IMG/VR virus record: IMGVR_UViG_3300025569_000021
Span: 1 to 60,952 of that record
DNA from: a virus
Lineage: Duplodnaviria > Caudoviricetes
DNA: 60,952 nt
Direction: 5' to 3' (one strand)
A program made the translations under genes and the position numbers. Under the pieces are notes generated by a model. The model saw only the letters and a list, made by a program, of their open reading frames with translations, had not been told where the DNA came from and did not search any database. Below are positions 1 through 9,507 of this stretch, piece after piece. Each line of letters opens with the position of its first letter. Position 1 is the first letter of the stretch.

Positions 1-687
1 TACGTCGAGATGGACTGCACTTGCGAATGGTACACGGCTGGGACCTGCAAGCCGCATGCGATTCTCACGTTCATGCTTGAAGCTGCAGGGCGAATCGGCG
101 GGGTCTACGCCTACCGCACCACATCAAAGAACGGCATCCGGGCTCTGCGCGGGTCGCTCATGCAGATCATGGGTCTCGGCATCCCGCTTTCCATGGTCCC
201 GTTCGACCTCGTGCTCACCAAGAAGAAGGTCCGGACCAAAGACAACAAGATGGAGGATGCCTGGGTCGTGCACGTCGAGTTCGTCGGCAACACAGACCGG
301 CTGTTCGATGTCGCCCGAGAGCGCGTGCAACTCATGCAGACCTTCGGCCCGAGCATGCTCAAGGCGCGAGAGATCGTCCAGCAGCAGGCTCGTCGCGCGA
401 TGGAGTCGCAGCTTCTGCAGATCAAGTGCGTCGCGGAGGAGTTCCAGCCAGAGAACATGACTCGCGGCGAAGTGACTGCGCAGGCTGCGAAGTCGATGAC
501 CGTGGAAGCGATGGCTCCGGAGGCTCAGGCCGCACAACCGGTTCCCGCATCATCACCTGAGCCCCCGGCAGCCGCTTCCGCGCCAGCCGCAGCGGCTGCT
601 CCCATCGCTACGGTCGAGCCGCCCAAGCCGACCGGCCCGACCATCGAGGAAGCGATCGCCAAGGCCAACAGCCTGTTCCCGGATTGA
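1..687 (+). CDS. Phage recombination-associated protein (Gp3-like / recombination directionality factor-like), 5' truncated by window edge
   Basis: Frame is open from base 1. CxC..C-KP..LxFxL..GGVYxYRTTS.N..L..GIPL..VPFxLxL pattern recalled for this family; Ala/Pro-rich tail; lies next to a PD-(D/E)XK nuclease. Confidence 0.5.
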   Translation, partial: YVEMDCTCEWYTAGTCKPHAILTFMLEAAGRIGGVYAYRTTSKNGIRALRGSLMQIMGLGIPLSMVPFDLVLTKKKVRTKDNKMEDAWVVHVEFVGNTDRLFDVARERVQLMQTFGPSMLKAREIVQQQARRAMESQLLQIKCVAEEFQPENMTRGEVTAQAAKSMTVEAMAPEAQAAQPVPASSPEPPAAASAPAAAAAPIATVEPPKPTGPTIEEAIAKANSLFPD

Positions 688-701
688 TTGGAGGGACGCC
701 A

Positions 702-2858
702 ATGGGTTTCGTTCAGAGCTATAGCTTCTCACGCATCAGGTCGATGGTCGCCTGCACACTACGCGGAGTCATGGACCTACTCTGGACCTGGACGTTCGGG
801 GCGCCTCCGCCCGGCTCCCGCGAAGCGCTCGTCGGGACGATCGCACACTCGTTGATGGAAGAGGCGTTCAAGGTCATCAAACAGGCACGCGAGACGAACG
901 TCGAGGAACCGACCGCTCGGAAGACCTTGTTCGACGCGCTTCGAAAGCATTCCGTCAACCTGGCTGAGCCAGCAGCGGGCGAGGATGCCCTGGAGATGGT
1001 CCTCACGTACTTCCAGAAGCTGCATTCGGTCTACGAGTTCAATACCGAGGGTCACGCGGAGATCAAGCTCGCGTTCGACAAGGATTGGAACAAGGTCGAC
1101 TTCGAGCACAAGGACGCCCGATTCCGGATGGTGATGGATCGCGTGGTGCCGCTCCCAGATAGCGGCATGGAGATCGAGGACTACAAGACCGGGATCGTCG
1201 ACCTTGACTTCACGCAGCTTCACGTTTACGGAGGCCTCGCGTTCAAGCTCCGGCCGGATCTGAAGTACCTGAAGCTCAGGCTCACGTTTCTTCGGCGCTC
1301 GTTCAGCAAGGCAGAGACCGTGACGCGCGAGGATCTCCAGTGGGTGCTGCCGTTCCTGGAAGAACAGATGAAGTCCGCGGATACGATCGTGAATGCCGCA
1401 CGACCAGCGCGGCTCGAAGTCGAGAACTTCGACGTCACTAAGTACCGCGCGAAACAGAATCGGTACTGCTCAAGCTGCTACTGGATCAACACACACTGCC
1501 CGATCACGAAGGTCGCCCTGCAGATGGCGAAGGACAAGACGGACGGAACGCTGCCGATCATCCCGAACCAAGAGACCGCGGAGCAGCGACTGCGGTATCT
1601 GTTTCAGCTCGACATCGCGCGCAAGTCACTCCGAGACAACCTCGACGCCTGGGTCGAGGATCATGGACCGGTGCGGCTGGAGGACGAGAACAAGGAATTC
1701 AAGATCATCGAGGTGGACTCCTGGACCGGGAATGCTCAGGCACTCGTGGGCAGGTTTCTGATGGCCGGCGAAACGCGGGGCCTGTCGAAGCGGGAGATCA
1801 TGGACGGTGTGTGGCCGTCGATGCGCATCCACAAGGATGGAGCGCTCGCGGTCGGTGCCTACCTCGACATCCCATCCGAGGAGATCCTCCGGTTCGGATC
1901 GGAGAAGCCTGGCCAGATGTTCAAGCTGGTCGCGGCACCGCCTCCGCCTCCGACGACGTTCGGCGAGTTGGTCAAGCAACTCCGAGGCACCAAGCCTCAG
2001 ATGGAGATCTCCCGGAAGCTGTTCGGCAAGCCGCGGGCGCTGAGCCGCATGGAGTTGGGGAAAGATGGGCCGCCTCCGGATGCAGTCATCATCGAGTTGG
2101 CCAAGATCCTCGAGACGGACCCGGGGCCGCTCATTGAGATGGCGAAAACCTGGAAGGCAGAGGAGGAACAGGATGGAGCTTCGGAGACGCCCGCTGGTGT
2201 CGAGGATCAGAATGGTGATCGAACAACTGTACCTGGCGATCGAGCGCCAGACGGAAGCGGATCTGCGCCAGCAGCCGGAGTTGGCGATGCTGTTGGTGGA
2301 TCTGGCAAGCAATCTGATGATCCTTCGGACGATCTACGGGGATCTGACGGGGGAGGACCCGTGGAAAGCGGGACATCATCGTTCACTGCGGATGGACGAG
2401 CAGCCGCCGCAACCGCAGAGCAGCTCCTCGGAAAGCAGTCCGGAGCCCAACCAGTCCTGACGGTGAACCCGCAGACAGCGCTCCAGGAGCCGGTCGCGAA
2501 CGTCGAGAACCGGAAGCTGTCGTCCTACGCGATGGAACTCGATCAGCGGGTTCAGGCGCTCTACCTGCGGGGGACGCTCGTCGAATCGCTCCGCCAAGTC
2601 TGCAACCGGGCGACGCTGAGCGCAGTCTCGAACGAAGAGGAGCGGATTCTCAGCAACTTGGATGTGGTGCTCTCGCGCTACGTGAAGATCCGGGAACTCA
2701 TCCTGGACGGCCAAGAATCCTGGCTCGGACTCGCCGATGTTCAGCAGATCAACAAGCAGGTCAAGGGTTACTTCGAGAAGATGGACGCCTGGCAGCTCGG
2801 GGAGATGCTGGAGCTGCTGGAAGGCAAGAAGGCGGCGGCTGTGGGGGCGGCGGGGTGA
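702..2858 (+). CDS. PD-(D/E)XK Cas4/AddB-like exonuclease fused to an XRE-type HTH
   Basis: GTIAH; MDRV..IEDYKTG..QLHVYG nuclease motifs; N-terminal Cys plus CSSC..C (Fe-S-type). HTH-like FGELVKQLR..LSRMELG..PP..IIELAKIL. SD GGAGGG precedes ATG 702. Confidence 0.8.
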   Translation: MGFVQSYSFSRIRSMVACTLRGVMDLLWTWTFGAPPPGSREALVGTIAHSLMEEAFKVIKQARETNVEEPTARKTLFDALRKHSVNLAEPAAGEDALEMVLTYFQKLHSVYEFNTEGHAEIKLAFDKDWNKVDFEHKDARFRMVMDRVVPLPDSGMEIEDYKTGIVDLDFTQLHVYGGLAFKLRPDLKYLKLRLTFLRRSFSKAETVTREDLQWVLPFLEEQMKSADTIVNAARPARLEVENFDVTKYRAKQNRYCSSCYWINTHCPITKVALQMAKDKTDGTLPIIPNQETAEQRLRYLFQLDIARKSLRDNLDAWVEDHGPVRLEDENKEFKIIEVDSWTGNAQALVGRFLMAGETRGLSKREIMDGVWPSMRIHKDGALAVGAYLDIPSEEILRFGSEKPGQMFKLVAAPPPPPTTFGELVKQLRGTKPQMEISRKLFGKPRALSRMELGKDGPPPDAVIIELAKILETDPGPLIEMAKTWKAEEEQDGASETPAGVEDQNGDRTTVPGDRAPDGSGSAPAAGVGDAVGGSGKQSDDPSDDLRGSDGGGPVESGTSSFTADGRAAAATAEQLLGKQSGAQPVLTVNPQTALQEPVANVENRKLSSYAMELDQRVQALYLRGTLVESLRQVCNRATLSAVSNEEERILSNLDVVLSRYVKIRELILDGQESWLGLADVQQINKQVKGYFEKMDAWQLGEMLELLEGKKAAAVGAAG
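2173..2460 (+). CDS. Candidate nested gene (95 aa) in an alternative frame inside the nuclease ORF
   Basis: SD AGGAGG at 2161-2166 before ATG 2173. Product is helical and Leu-rich, while the host frame here is low-complexity D/G/S. Confidence 0.45.
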   Translation: MELRRRPLVSRIRMVIEQLYLAIERQTEADLRQQPELAMLLVDLASNLMILRTIYGDLTGEDPWKAGHHRSLRMDEQPPQPQSSSSESSPEPNQS

Positions 2859-3157
2859 GCGGGCGATTCAGGAAGAAACCAGTTGTAATCGAAGCCGTCC
2901 AGTACAACGGCGCCAATGCGGATGAGATCGCTCATTTCGCCGGTCTGGCTGCATCGGTGCGTGGTCGCACCAGCGAGTTGTTCATCAATACCTTGGAGGG
3001 CTTGATGAAAGTATCCCCTTCGGACTGGGTGATCTGCGGGATTGCTGGCGAGTACTACCCGTGCAAGGATGCCATCTTCAGGGCCACGTATGAGGCGGCT
3101 GATGACGCGGAAGGGCAGCTTGCCAAGCTCCCGTCGAAGCGATTCGAGTTCCCATGA
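2855..3157 (+). CDS. Conserved phage protein (RKKPVVIEAVQ..TLEG..GEYYPCK..IF..TYE family)
   Basis: Widespread phage hypothetical motif pattern; GTGA overlap with the upstream stop. Confidence 0.8.
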   Translation: MSGRFRKKPVVIEAVQYNGANADEIAHFAGLAASVRGRTSELFINTLEGLMKVSPSDWVICGIAGEYYPCKDAIFRATYEAADDAEGQLAKLPSKRFEFP

Positions 3158-3230
3158 CCTTACGCCCCGAGCGGACGTGCTGGATGGCCCTCCCCCTAAT
3201 TCGGCACGTCCACGGAGGGCACCTTTGCGA

Positions 3231-3302
3231 TGCGGGGTATATCAGGGGCAGATTGCTGGGTTCATACCCCGGCGGTCGCGGGTTCGAGTCCCGCCCCCGC
3301 TA
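3231..3302 (+). tRNA. tRNA-Met(CAT), initiator type, CCA not encoded
   Basis: Acceptor GCGGGG/CCCCGC with 1:72 T-T mismatch; anticodon arm CTGGG-TTCATAC-CCCGG with three consecutive G-C pairs; T arm GCGGG-TTCGAGT-CCCGC. Confidence 0.9.
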
Positions 3303-3443
3303 TCCTTGCCTTGCCATTTCGGGCGCGGCGGTCTTCCCTGAAGAATCAGACCGCAAGCGTGGAGCCGACCCGTGCGGGACGGCTCCCAAGGCATCGTACA
3401 AACGAACGGCGCCAGAGATGGCGCCGTCGGTGTGGAATGGGGC

Positions 3444-3710
3444 TCAGACCGGAGGCGTCTCCGCGTCGAGCGCCGCGACCCGGTCAGCCAAGTTCTGCAG
3501 TGACTGCTGGACCTTGTCGACCTCTTCTTGCGTCATCCCAGTGGCGATCTGGTCCTTCAGGTTCGCGATGTCACCAGCGATGCCATCGAGGCTGGCGCTG
3601 ATCTCTAGAAGCTTCGCGTTGATTTGATCCAATTGATCCGACATGAATGAAGCCCTCGAATTGAGAATGTGAATGCCGTCCAGGATGAGCTGGAGCTTTG
3701 CGCTGTCCAT
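3444..3710 (-). CDS. Small coiled-coil hypothetical protein
   Basis: SD GAGGAGG; heptad-rich sequence. Confidence 0.65.
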   Translation of the reverse strand: MDSAKLQLILDGIHILNSRASFMSDQLDQINAKLLEISASLDGIAGDIANLKDQIATGMTQEEVDKVQQSLQNLADRVAALDAETPPV

Positions 3711-3743
3711 GCGCTCCACCCTCCTCATGGGCACCGTAGCACC

Positions 3744-4163
3744 CTAGAAGGGAAGACCCGAGTCCTTCACTGGGCCTGATGACTCTTTGGCCGGCGCGGC
3801 CGGTTCAGGCTCCGAATCGGGTGGACTCTCCCGGTCGCGGGGCGAGCTGAGGAACTTGACCGTCTGGGCCACGATCTCGGTCGTGTAGCGTTTCCCGCCT
3901 TGCTTGTCTTCCCACTCGCGGGTTTGAATCTTGCCTTCGACGAAGACCTTGGAGCCCTTGGACAGGTACTTCTTGCAATTCTCCGCCTGCTTCTCCCATA
4001 CAACCACATTGTGCCAATCAGTCTTTTCAACTTTTTGGCCCTGAGCGTCTGTGTAGGATTCACTGGTAGCGACAGAGAAGTTGCAGACTGCTTTGCCTGC
4101 GGTGGTGAATCTGAGTTCTGGATCTTTGCCGAGATTGCCTATGAGAAGTGCTTTGTTCAGCAC
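3744..4163 (-). CDS. ssb: Single-stranded DNA-binding protein
   Basis: MLNKALLIGNLGKDPELRFT..TDWHNVVVW..VFVEGKIQTREW; C-terminal LPF. Confidence 0.97.
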   Translation of the reverse strand: MLNKALLIGNLGKDPELRFTTAGKAVCNFSVATSESYTDAQGQKVEKTDWHNVVVWEKQAENCKKYLSKGSKVFVEGKIQTREWEDKQGGKRYTTEIVAQTVKFLSSPRDRESPPDSEPEPAAPAKESSGPVKDSGLPF

Positions 4164-4219
4164 AATGTCCCTCCTTCAGTCCTGATCCAACGGCTCCGTC
4201 CACTCATCATCGTCGTCGT

Positions 4220-4654
4220 TCACGTCTCCACCCACCTCCCGTGTCCTCGGCTTGGGGTCCACGTCCACCCAGGCCACTTGGCTTCCGCCCACGCGATGGC
4301 CTCCTGGGCCGAGTAGAACAACCGGTATTCGCCGCCGAACTTGGTGATCATCGCTTCCCATGCCTGTTGCTGCTCCTTTTGCTGCCCGGACTCAGACTTG
4401 ACCTCAAGCTCGAGCCGCTGCCCGCCCTCCGCGATGCCCGAAATGTCTCCAGCGCCGGGGACTCCGAAGCGAATGGGCTGCATGTGTGTCAGCGCGTCGA
4501 TGGCCGACTTGACATTGCCCGAGAGCAGAAGCCGCTTCCCGGCTTTGACCTGGCTGACGGGATAGCCCATACCCGTGTTCTGCCGCCAGATTCGCATGCA
4601 TGGGTGACAACCGAGGACGCTGGCGATGTCCTGTTGGATCGGGGTCTCGCGCAT
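4220..4654 (-). CDS. VRR-NUC-like nuclease
   Basis: E..IQ..I..WRQNTG..FGVPGAGDI..LEVK..G.Q...Q..W pattern. Confidence 0.8.
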   Translation of the reverse strand: MRETPIQQDIASVLGCHPCMRIWRQNTGMGYPVSQVKAGKRLLLSGNVKSAIDALTHMQPIRFGVPGAGDISGIAEGGQRLELEVKSESGQQKEQQQAWEAMITKFGGEYRLFYSAQEAIAWAEAKWPGWTWTPSRGHGRWVET

Positions 4655-4658
4655 CGGG

Positions 4659-5060
4659 TCACAGCACGCGCCCAAGCACATGCACGGTCGACGTGACGCC
4701 GCCGACGCCCGAGGCAGGAGCTACCACCTCGACGTAGTAGCCTTGCGGCAGATCCCATGGCACCGCCGGCAGGTAAGCGCCGATCGTCCCGGCGACGATG
4801 GAGATCGTGGCGAGCAGGATGCTGTAGGCCGCGCCCAGCTCATCGTTTTTCAGAGTGACCGTGACATCCTTCGTCACTGCCCCGCTGTACTGGACTCCGA
4901 CAGCCCGGAACTGCCTGGCTGCCTCGCGTGGCTCCGCTGGCGTCTTGACTGTCTGCGCTGAATTGGCAGCGCTCAAGCCCGAAACGGCGAAGACCGAGCC
5001 GCGTTCTTGGCTGAGTAGCGCTCCGTCATGCGAGTGAATGCGACCTGTCTTGATTGGCAT
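4659..5060 (-). CDS. Hypothetical protein
   Basis: ORF tiles between its neighbours; SD GGAGG. Confidence 0.55.
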   Translation of the reverse strand: MPIKTGRIHSHDGALLSQERGSVFAVSGLSAANSAQTVKTPAEPREAARQFRAVGVQYSGAVTKDVTVTLKNDELGAAYSILLATISIVAGTIGAYLPAVPWDLPQGYYVEVVAPASGVGGVTSTVHVLGRVL

Positions 5061-5088
5061 GGGTAGGGCCTCCTGGTTGGGCAGGATA

Positions 5089-5616
5089 CTACATCTTCCA
5101 GCGCCAGGGTTCGAACCCGTGGACTCCGAAGCCAAATGCGGCCAGAATGAGCCCTCGTGGGTAGGGGTCTTTCTCGCCCTGGAATATCAACCGTGGGGCA
5201 AGCGGCATCACGAAGGCCTTGTGGTGGACGTGATCGATGTACCAGTTCGCATCGACCGAGGCCGGGACCAGAAACAAGAGCCAATTCCGACAGAACCTGA
5301 CCTCTTCGCACTTCGAGGCCCACGGCGCAATGTCGTGAAACGGTGGGTTGAGCCAGAGGGTTGATCCCCATTCGAAGTCGTCCCAGCGCTGCGCCAGCGA
5401 GTCATCCTCGGGCGAGTAGAACCACCCAGCGTCGCCAAGTCCATCAACGGCATTTTTCTTTGTCGCAGCCAGGTCGTGCTGGATTGGCCCAAATCTGGCG
5501 GATACGGCCTTGATGAACTCCGGCGGAGTGCAGTGGTCCTGTTTGCTCTTCCCGCGCTTGATGGTGGGTCCGACGCCCTTCAACGCATCAACTCCTTCGC
5601 ATGATTCATGCACCAA
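5089..5616 (-). CDS. Phage DNA N6-adenine methyltransferase (Dam-like, PF05869 type); start uncertain, TTG 5583 possible
   Basis: TPPEF..RFG..DLAA..DSLAQ.W..WLNPPF catalytic motif..LVPA..W. Confidence 0.85.
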   Translation of the reverse strand: MVHESCEGVDALKGVGPTIKRGKSKQDHCTPPEFIKAVSARFGPIQHDLAATKKNAVDGLGDAGWFYSPEDDSLAQRWDDFEWGSTLWLNPPFHDIAPWASKCEEVRFCRNWLLFLVPASVDANWYIDHVHHKAFVMPLAPRLIFQGEKDPYPRGLILAAFGFGVHGFEPWRWKM

Positions 5617-5929
5617 TCAACGATGAACGTCATACCACCATAGTGATTGTCCAAAATCTCTTTCGACACATGCAACCTACGCTCACCACATTTCCCGTGC
5701 ACAAACATCACAATACCAAAGTGGTCGGCTACATCTGCTGGCGGTGTGACCAGCACATCGATAGACTTCGGGAGTGCCTTGCGAAGCGCGGCTAGCAATG
5801 CTTCTGCCTGCACCGCCCAGCATCGTTTGGTGATCGCCTCAGACTGATCCAATAGGTAATCAATGGCTGCCTCTGGATCTGTAGCCCCGATGTATTTCCA
5901 GTCGAGGTCATCCAGGCCGTCAAAGATGC

Positions 5930-6256
5930 TCAATCCTCTCCCTCCCAATCGCTCCCGCCGACTCGCGTCGTCCCCGTCAGCAGGATCTCCTGGACGGCCT
6001 TGATGGCGAGAGCCTTGGCGTTCTGGTGCTTCCGGCGAGTCGTAGGCGTCTCTTCCCTGCGGCGCTCGCTCCAAGTGGCGTAGACGTCGGCCTGAAGCGG
6101 TTTTGGCACTTTCATCCAGTGAAAATAGCAGAGCACGCGGTCTTGCGGGATCTGCTTGGTGCAGCCGGGGAATTCACAGGTGTGGGTAATCAAAAAATCA
6201 TCCTCCCAGTCTAAATCAGCTTCCTCGACCTCGTTCATCCCATTTTCGATGATCAA
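5930..6256 (-). CDS. Hypothetical zinc-binding phage protein
   Basis: HTC..PGC..LC..HW..VP..LQ motif. Confidence 0.7.
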   Translation of the reverse strand: MIIENGMNEVEEADLDWEDDFLITHTCEFPGCTKQIPQDRVLCYFHWMKVPKPLQADVYATWSERRREETPTTRRKHQNAKALAIKAVQEILLTGTTRVGGSDWEGED

Positions 6257-6831
6257 GACGCTGCCGCTCTCTCAAGCGCTGCCGCTCTCTCGCGTGCTGC
6301 CGCGTTCAAGCGCCTGCGCCACTCGCCGTCCCAGAGTGAGAGACTGTAGCGTCTGTGGTTCGCCAGTCTCAGGAACTCCTCCTCGTCCACCGAGAGCAGG
6401 AGGAGTTGCGCCAGGGTCACGTCGGCAGTCGGCATCTGACTGCCTTCGTCGTGGAGGCAAAAGCCGATGATGCTGTAGAGCCTCTTGCCGTGGCGCTCAA
6501 GTTGTTCGGCAAGCCCCCTCCGAGGCCAGAACCTGAAGCTCCGGCCGCTCGGCGTCACAACGTCGAAGCAGCCTCTGGCGGAGAGTTGGGATTTCTGGGA
6601 GTCGCTCAGGAAGCTTCGCAGGAGCCGCATTGCCGTGCGCTGAGCCTTGGAGCACCTCGCTTTCCGTTCCGCCTGCAGTTCGGCTTCGTACAGGAGCAGC
6701 AGCCTGATATCGTGCATCTCATCGTCAGTCGCCGCGGTGCCGTCTGCCCAGGTTGGAACGGTGTCGGGCATGACGGCACCAATGAGCAGGCGCCTTGCGT
6801 GCGTTGCCATCTCGGTTGGTGCGGCCGGCAT
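6253..6831 (-). CDS. Conserved hypothetical protein with FCLH..P.AD..LAQ.L.L..DE..FL..AN motif
   Basis: ORF starts 3 nt after the stop of the diglycine-ending gene. Confidence 0.7.
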   Translation of the reverse strand: MPAAPTEMATHARRLLIGAVMPDTVPTWADGTAATDDEMHDIRLLLLYEAELQAERKARCSKAQRTAMRLLRSFLSDSQKSQLSARGCFDVVTPSGRSFRFWPRRGLAEQLERHGKRLYSIIGFCLHDEGSQMPTADVTLAQLLLLSVDEEEFLRLANHRRYSLSLWDGEWRRRLNAAARERAAALERAAAS

Positions 6832-6834
6832 GGG

Positions 6835-7230
6835 TCAACCTCCCGACAGTTGACGCGTCGCGACGACGGTCTTGGCTTTGGCCGGACGGCCTCGGCGTTT
6901 CTTGGCCGTGGGCTCAGGCTCGATGTTCGGCTCAAGAGTTAGATCCGGCCTGGGGTTGTCAGGGTCATACGAGTCCGGGCCGCGCTGGATCGTCACCTTG
7001 CCGAGGTGGCCGACCACCTCCTCCGCGCTGATGCGCCTGCAGACGAGCGTCCCGTTAGCCATCGCGGCCTGGACCGCATCGGCGGGGGAGCCGTCGACCA
7101 GGAAGAAGCTGTACCCTTGATCTTTGAGGCTCTCAACCTCGGAGCGAGCGTTGGCCACGGAAGCCGAGTCGTTGGAATCCCAGGTGACTTGGATGTCACC
7201 GGTTGAGCACAGGACGTGCATTGTGTTCAT
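6835..7230 (-). CDS. Small protein ending in C-terminal Gly-Gly
   Basis: SD GGAGGG; TGD..TWD..V..AR..LK..GY..RQLSGG-stop. Confidence 0.7.
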   Translation of the reverse strand: MNTMHVLCSTGDIQVTWDSNDSASVANARSEVESLKDQGYSFFLVDGSPADAVQAAMANGTLVCRRISAEEVVGHLGKVTIQRGPDSYDPDNPRPDLTLEPNIEPEPTAKKRRGRPAKAKTVVATRQLSGG

Positions 7231-7788
7231 GGTCCCTCCAATGGTGATGTAACGCCGCACCGAGGACACGGGAACGTAGATGCCGCATGCACCTGACGCG
7301 CCCGATAGTCGGAAGTGCTGGCTCCTGAGCTGGCACAAGGCAATCCACACGGGGCTGTATGCCGCTGCGTCTGCCACCAATCGACCCAGCCGTTGTCTCC
7401 GTAGATCTTCGCGAGCTTCTGGGCGACGCCGGACTGACAGTGCTCGCAGACGACGACGCGAGTCAGCGTAGTCTGAAACGTGAGGCTCATCCACCCTCCG
7501 TTGGTTCGTTCCACGGAAACGGATCGGCCCGACAGAGCCTCGCGATAATGAGCGCAGCAGGCTCGACAGCCTTGCGCTCCTTTGCACTGAGCGCCTCCCA
7601 CCAAGGGTCAATAGCCTCTCCTGCTGTGTCGAACTCGTCCGACTCCTCGATGCTCCAACTCCAGTCATCTCGGCCGTCCTTGCGAATTCGCGCGCCCACT
7701 ACGGCATGCTCGCTGGACCTGGCAAGATACCCGGCCATCCGCTCTTGCGGAGAGAGTTTGCTGATTTGGTCGATCTGGTCTTGCAGCC

Positions 7789-9432
7789 TCATCCCATCCA
7801 CTCCCGTGGTATCGCCGCATGGAATCGAGCCCAGAACTTGTGGTGAATCCATCCGGCCTTGTAGCCGCGTTTGTTGGCAATCCCAGACCAGGTATCGAAC
7901 CAGAACTGCTTCTCCGCTGTATTGTCCTTCGGTGGCAATAGCAGCCTGATGTAGTCCTTCAAGGACCGAATGCGCACTTTCCTGCCTCTGCACTGTGCCA
8001 GATTCCCCCGCATGAGGACGGTCAGCCTCTGCGGCTCCACCTCATCAGGGCAAGCGCCGATGTACTCGACCTCATCGAGGAACGCATGGATCGCGAACTG
8101 ACCAACCTTGCGGGCTTCGAGGATGTGCTGCTCGGCTCGGCGCAGCTCCATGTCCCGCAAGACCACCTTGTCCTTCGTCTTCGGCGGCGGAGGCGTCCAG
8201 CCACAGCTCGGGCAAGCCAAGAGCATCGCCGGATACCAGAGGTAGCAGCCGAGACAGGTCCGCAAGGTCTTGGGACTCTCCGCAGCCGCCTTTTCGCGCA
8301 CTGGGCGTCCGGAGAGTGACCAGGCCACCGGATCAGTCACGAGCCCGTGCGTGTCGGTGATCCGCGCGTGATCGAGGAACAGGCAGTCTTTCTTGCCGAG
8401 TCGCTCGCACAACCGGAGCCCGCGTCCACGCTGCTGTTGAGCGATTTGGTAGCTCGCAGTCGGACGCACGAGCCCGACGCAACTGATTTCCTCGATGTCG
8501 ATGCCTTCAACTGCCAAGCCCACGTTCACGACGACTTGAAGAGCGCCGCAGCGGAGGTCTTTCCAGACCATGTCTCGCTCGTGCTCTGGCGTATCCTTGT
8601 CGATGTGCGCGGCCCGGACTCCGTTGTCCCGGAAGCTCTCGGCCATGTCGATCGAGTGCTGGACCGTCGTCGCAAAGTAGATCGCCAGCCTGTCCGAGGC
8701 GACCTTCTTGTACGTGCCGACCACGTCACCGATGATATCGGCCTTGTCCAGGTACTTCGCCGCCTCCTCCGGGTTGTAGTCGCCGCCTCGCTGCTTCCGA
8801 AGCTCGGCCAGTTCGTGAGGCGTCGGAGGCGTCATGTAGACCGCGGGCACGATGTAGCCCTGGTCCGTGGCCTCCTGCGGCGTGATGCCAACTATGATAT
8901 CCTCGAAGACGTCACCGAGCGGCGCGCCATCCAGGCGACAAGCGGTGGCTGTTAACCCGAGATGTTTGGCTCGCTTGAAGTGATCAATAACAATGCGATG
9001 GGATGCACTGGTCGAGTGATGGCATTCGTCAGTGATGATCAGCGAGAACTCGTCCTCGGTCAGGTGAAGCCTGCGTCGCGCATTCTTGAGGGTCTGAACG
9101 GTGCCCACAACGACTTGTGGCATGTCTCTCGCAGTCGTGTACTTCCCCATCTCCATGCCGATGCTGAGCCCGGAATGCTTCTCGATCTTGCGACAGGCCT
9201 GCTTGACTAGCTCGTCGCGCTGGGCGATGACGAGCACGCGGCCACGAGTCGCGGCCAGACGGGACAGCTCGGCTGCGATCAGGGTTTTCCCGGTCGCTGT
9301 CGGTGCAACGCCAATTAGCGAGCGATGGGCATGAAACCCCGCCAGCAGCTCATTGCACATCCGCGCCTGCCAGGGGTACAGTTCGTAGCCAGCAACAGCG
9401 GGAGTCGGCCATCCAATTTGTGGCTGTTCCAT
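7789..9432 (-). CDS. SF2 DEAD/DEAH-box helicase with C-terminal zinc finger (RadD/ResIII-like)
   Basis: APTATGKT, DECHH, GLTATA, EGID, QQRGRGLR; CLGC..CPSC. Confidence 0.93.
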   Translation of the reverse strand: MEQPQIGWPTPAVAGYELYPWQARMCNELLAGFHAHRSLIGVAPTATGKTLIAAELSRLAATRGRVLVIAQRDELVKQACRKIEKHSGLSIGMEMGKYTTARDMPQVVVGTVQTLKNARRRLHLTEDEFSLIITDECHHSTSASHRIVIDHFKRAKHLGLTATACRLDGAPLGDVFEDIIVGITPQEATDQGYIVPAVYMTPPTPHELAELRKQRGGDYNPEEAAKYLDKADIIGDVVGTYKKVASDRLAIYFATTVQHSIDMAESFRDNGVRAAHIDKDTPEHERDMVWKDLRCGALQVVVNVGLAVEGIDIEEISCVGLVRPTASYQIAQQQRGRGLRLCERLGKKDCLFLDHARITDTHGLVTDPVAWSLSGRPVREKAAAESPKTLRTCLGCYLWYPAMLLACPSCGWTPPPPKTKDKVVLRDMELRRAEQHILEARKVGQFAIHAFLDEVEYIGACPDEVEPQRLTVLMRGNLAQCRGRKVRIRSLKDYIRLLLPPKDNTAEKQFWFDTWSGIANKRGYKAGWIHHKFWARFHAAIPREWMG

Positions 9433-9507
9433 CGTAGTGCCTCTCATCACGTCTGTTATACGACTCTCAGCAGCTAATTGCAACCGATTGACGTAGGAGC
9501 CTTCCAA

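Noticed and set aside
702-1520. CRISPR-associated cas4
   Set aside because: Stand-alone phage PD-(D/E)XK exonuclease in a recombination context, with no cas1/cas2 or array.
3303-3395. HDV-like (theta) ribozyme after the tRNA
   Set aside because: I could not build P1 from a G at the tRNA 3' end or find the L3 and J4/2 consensus.
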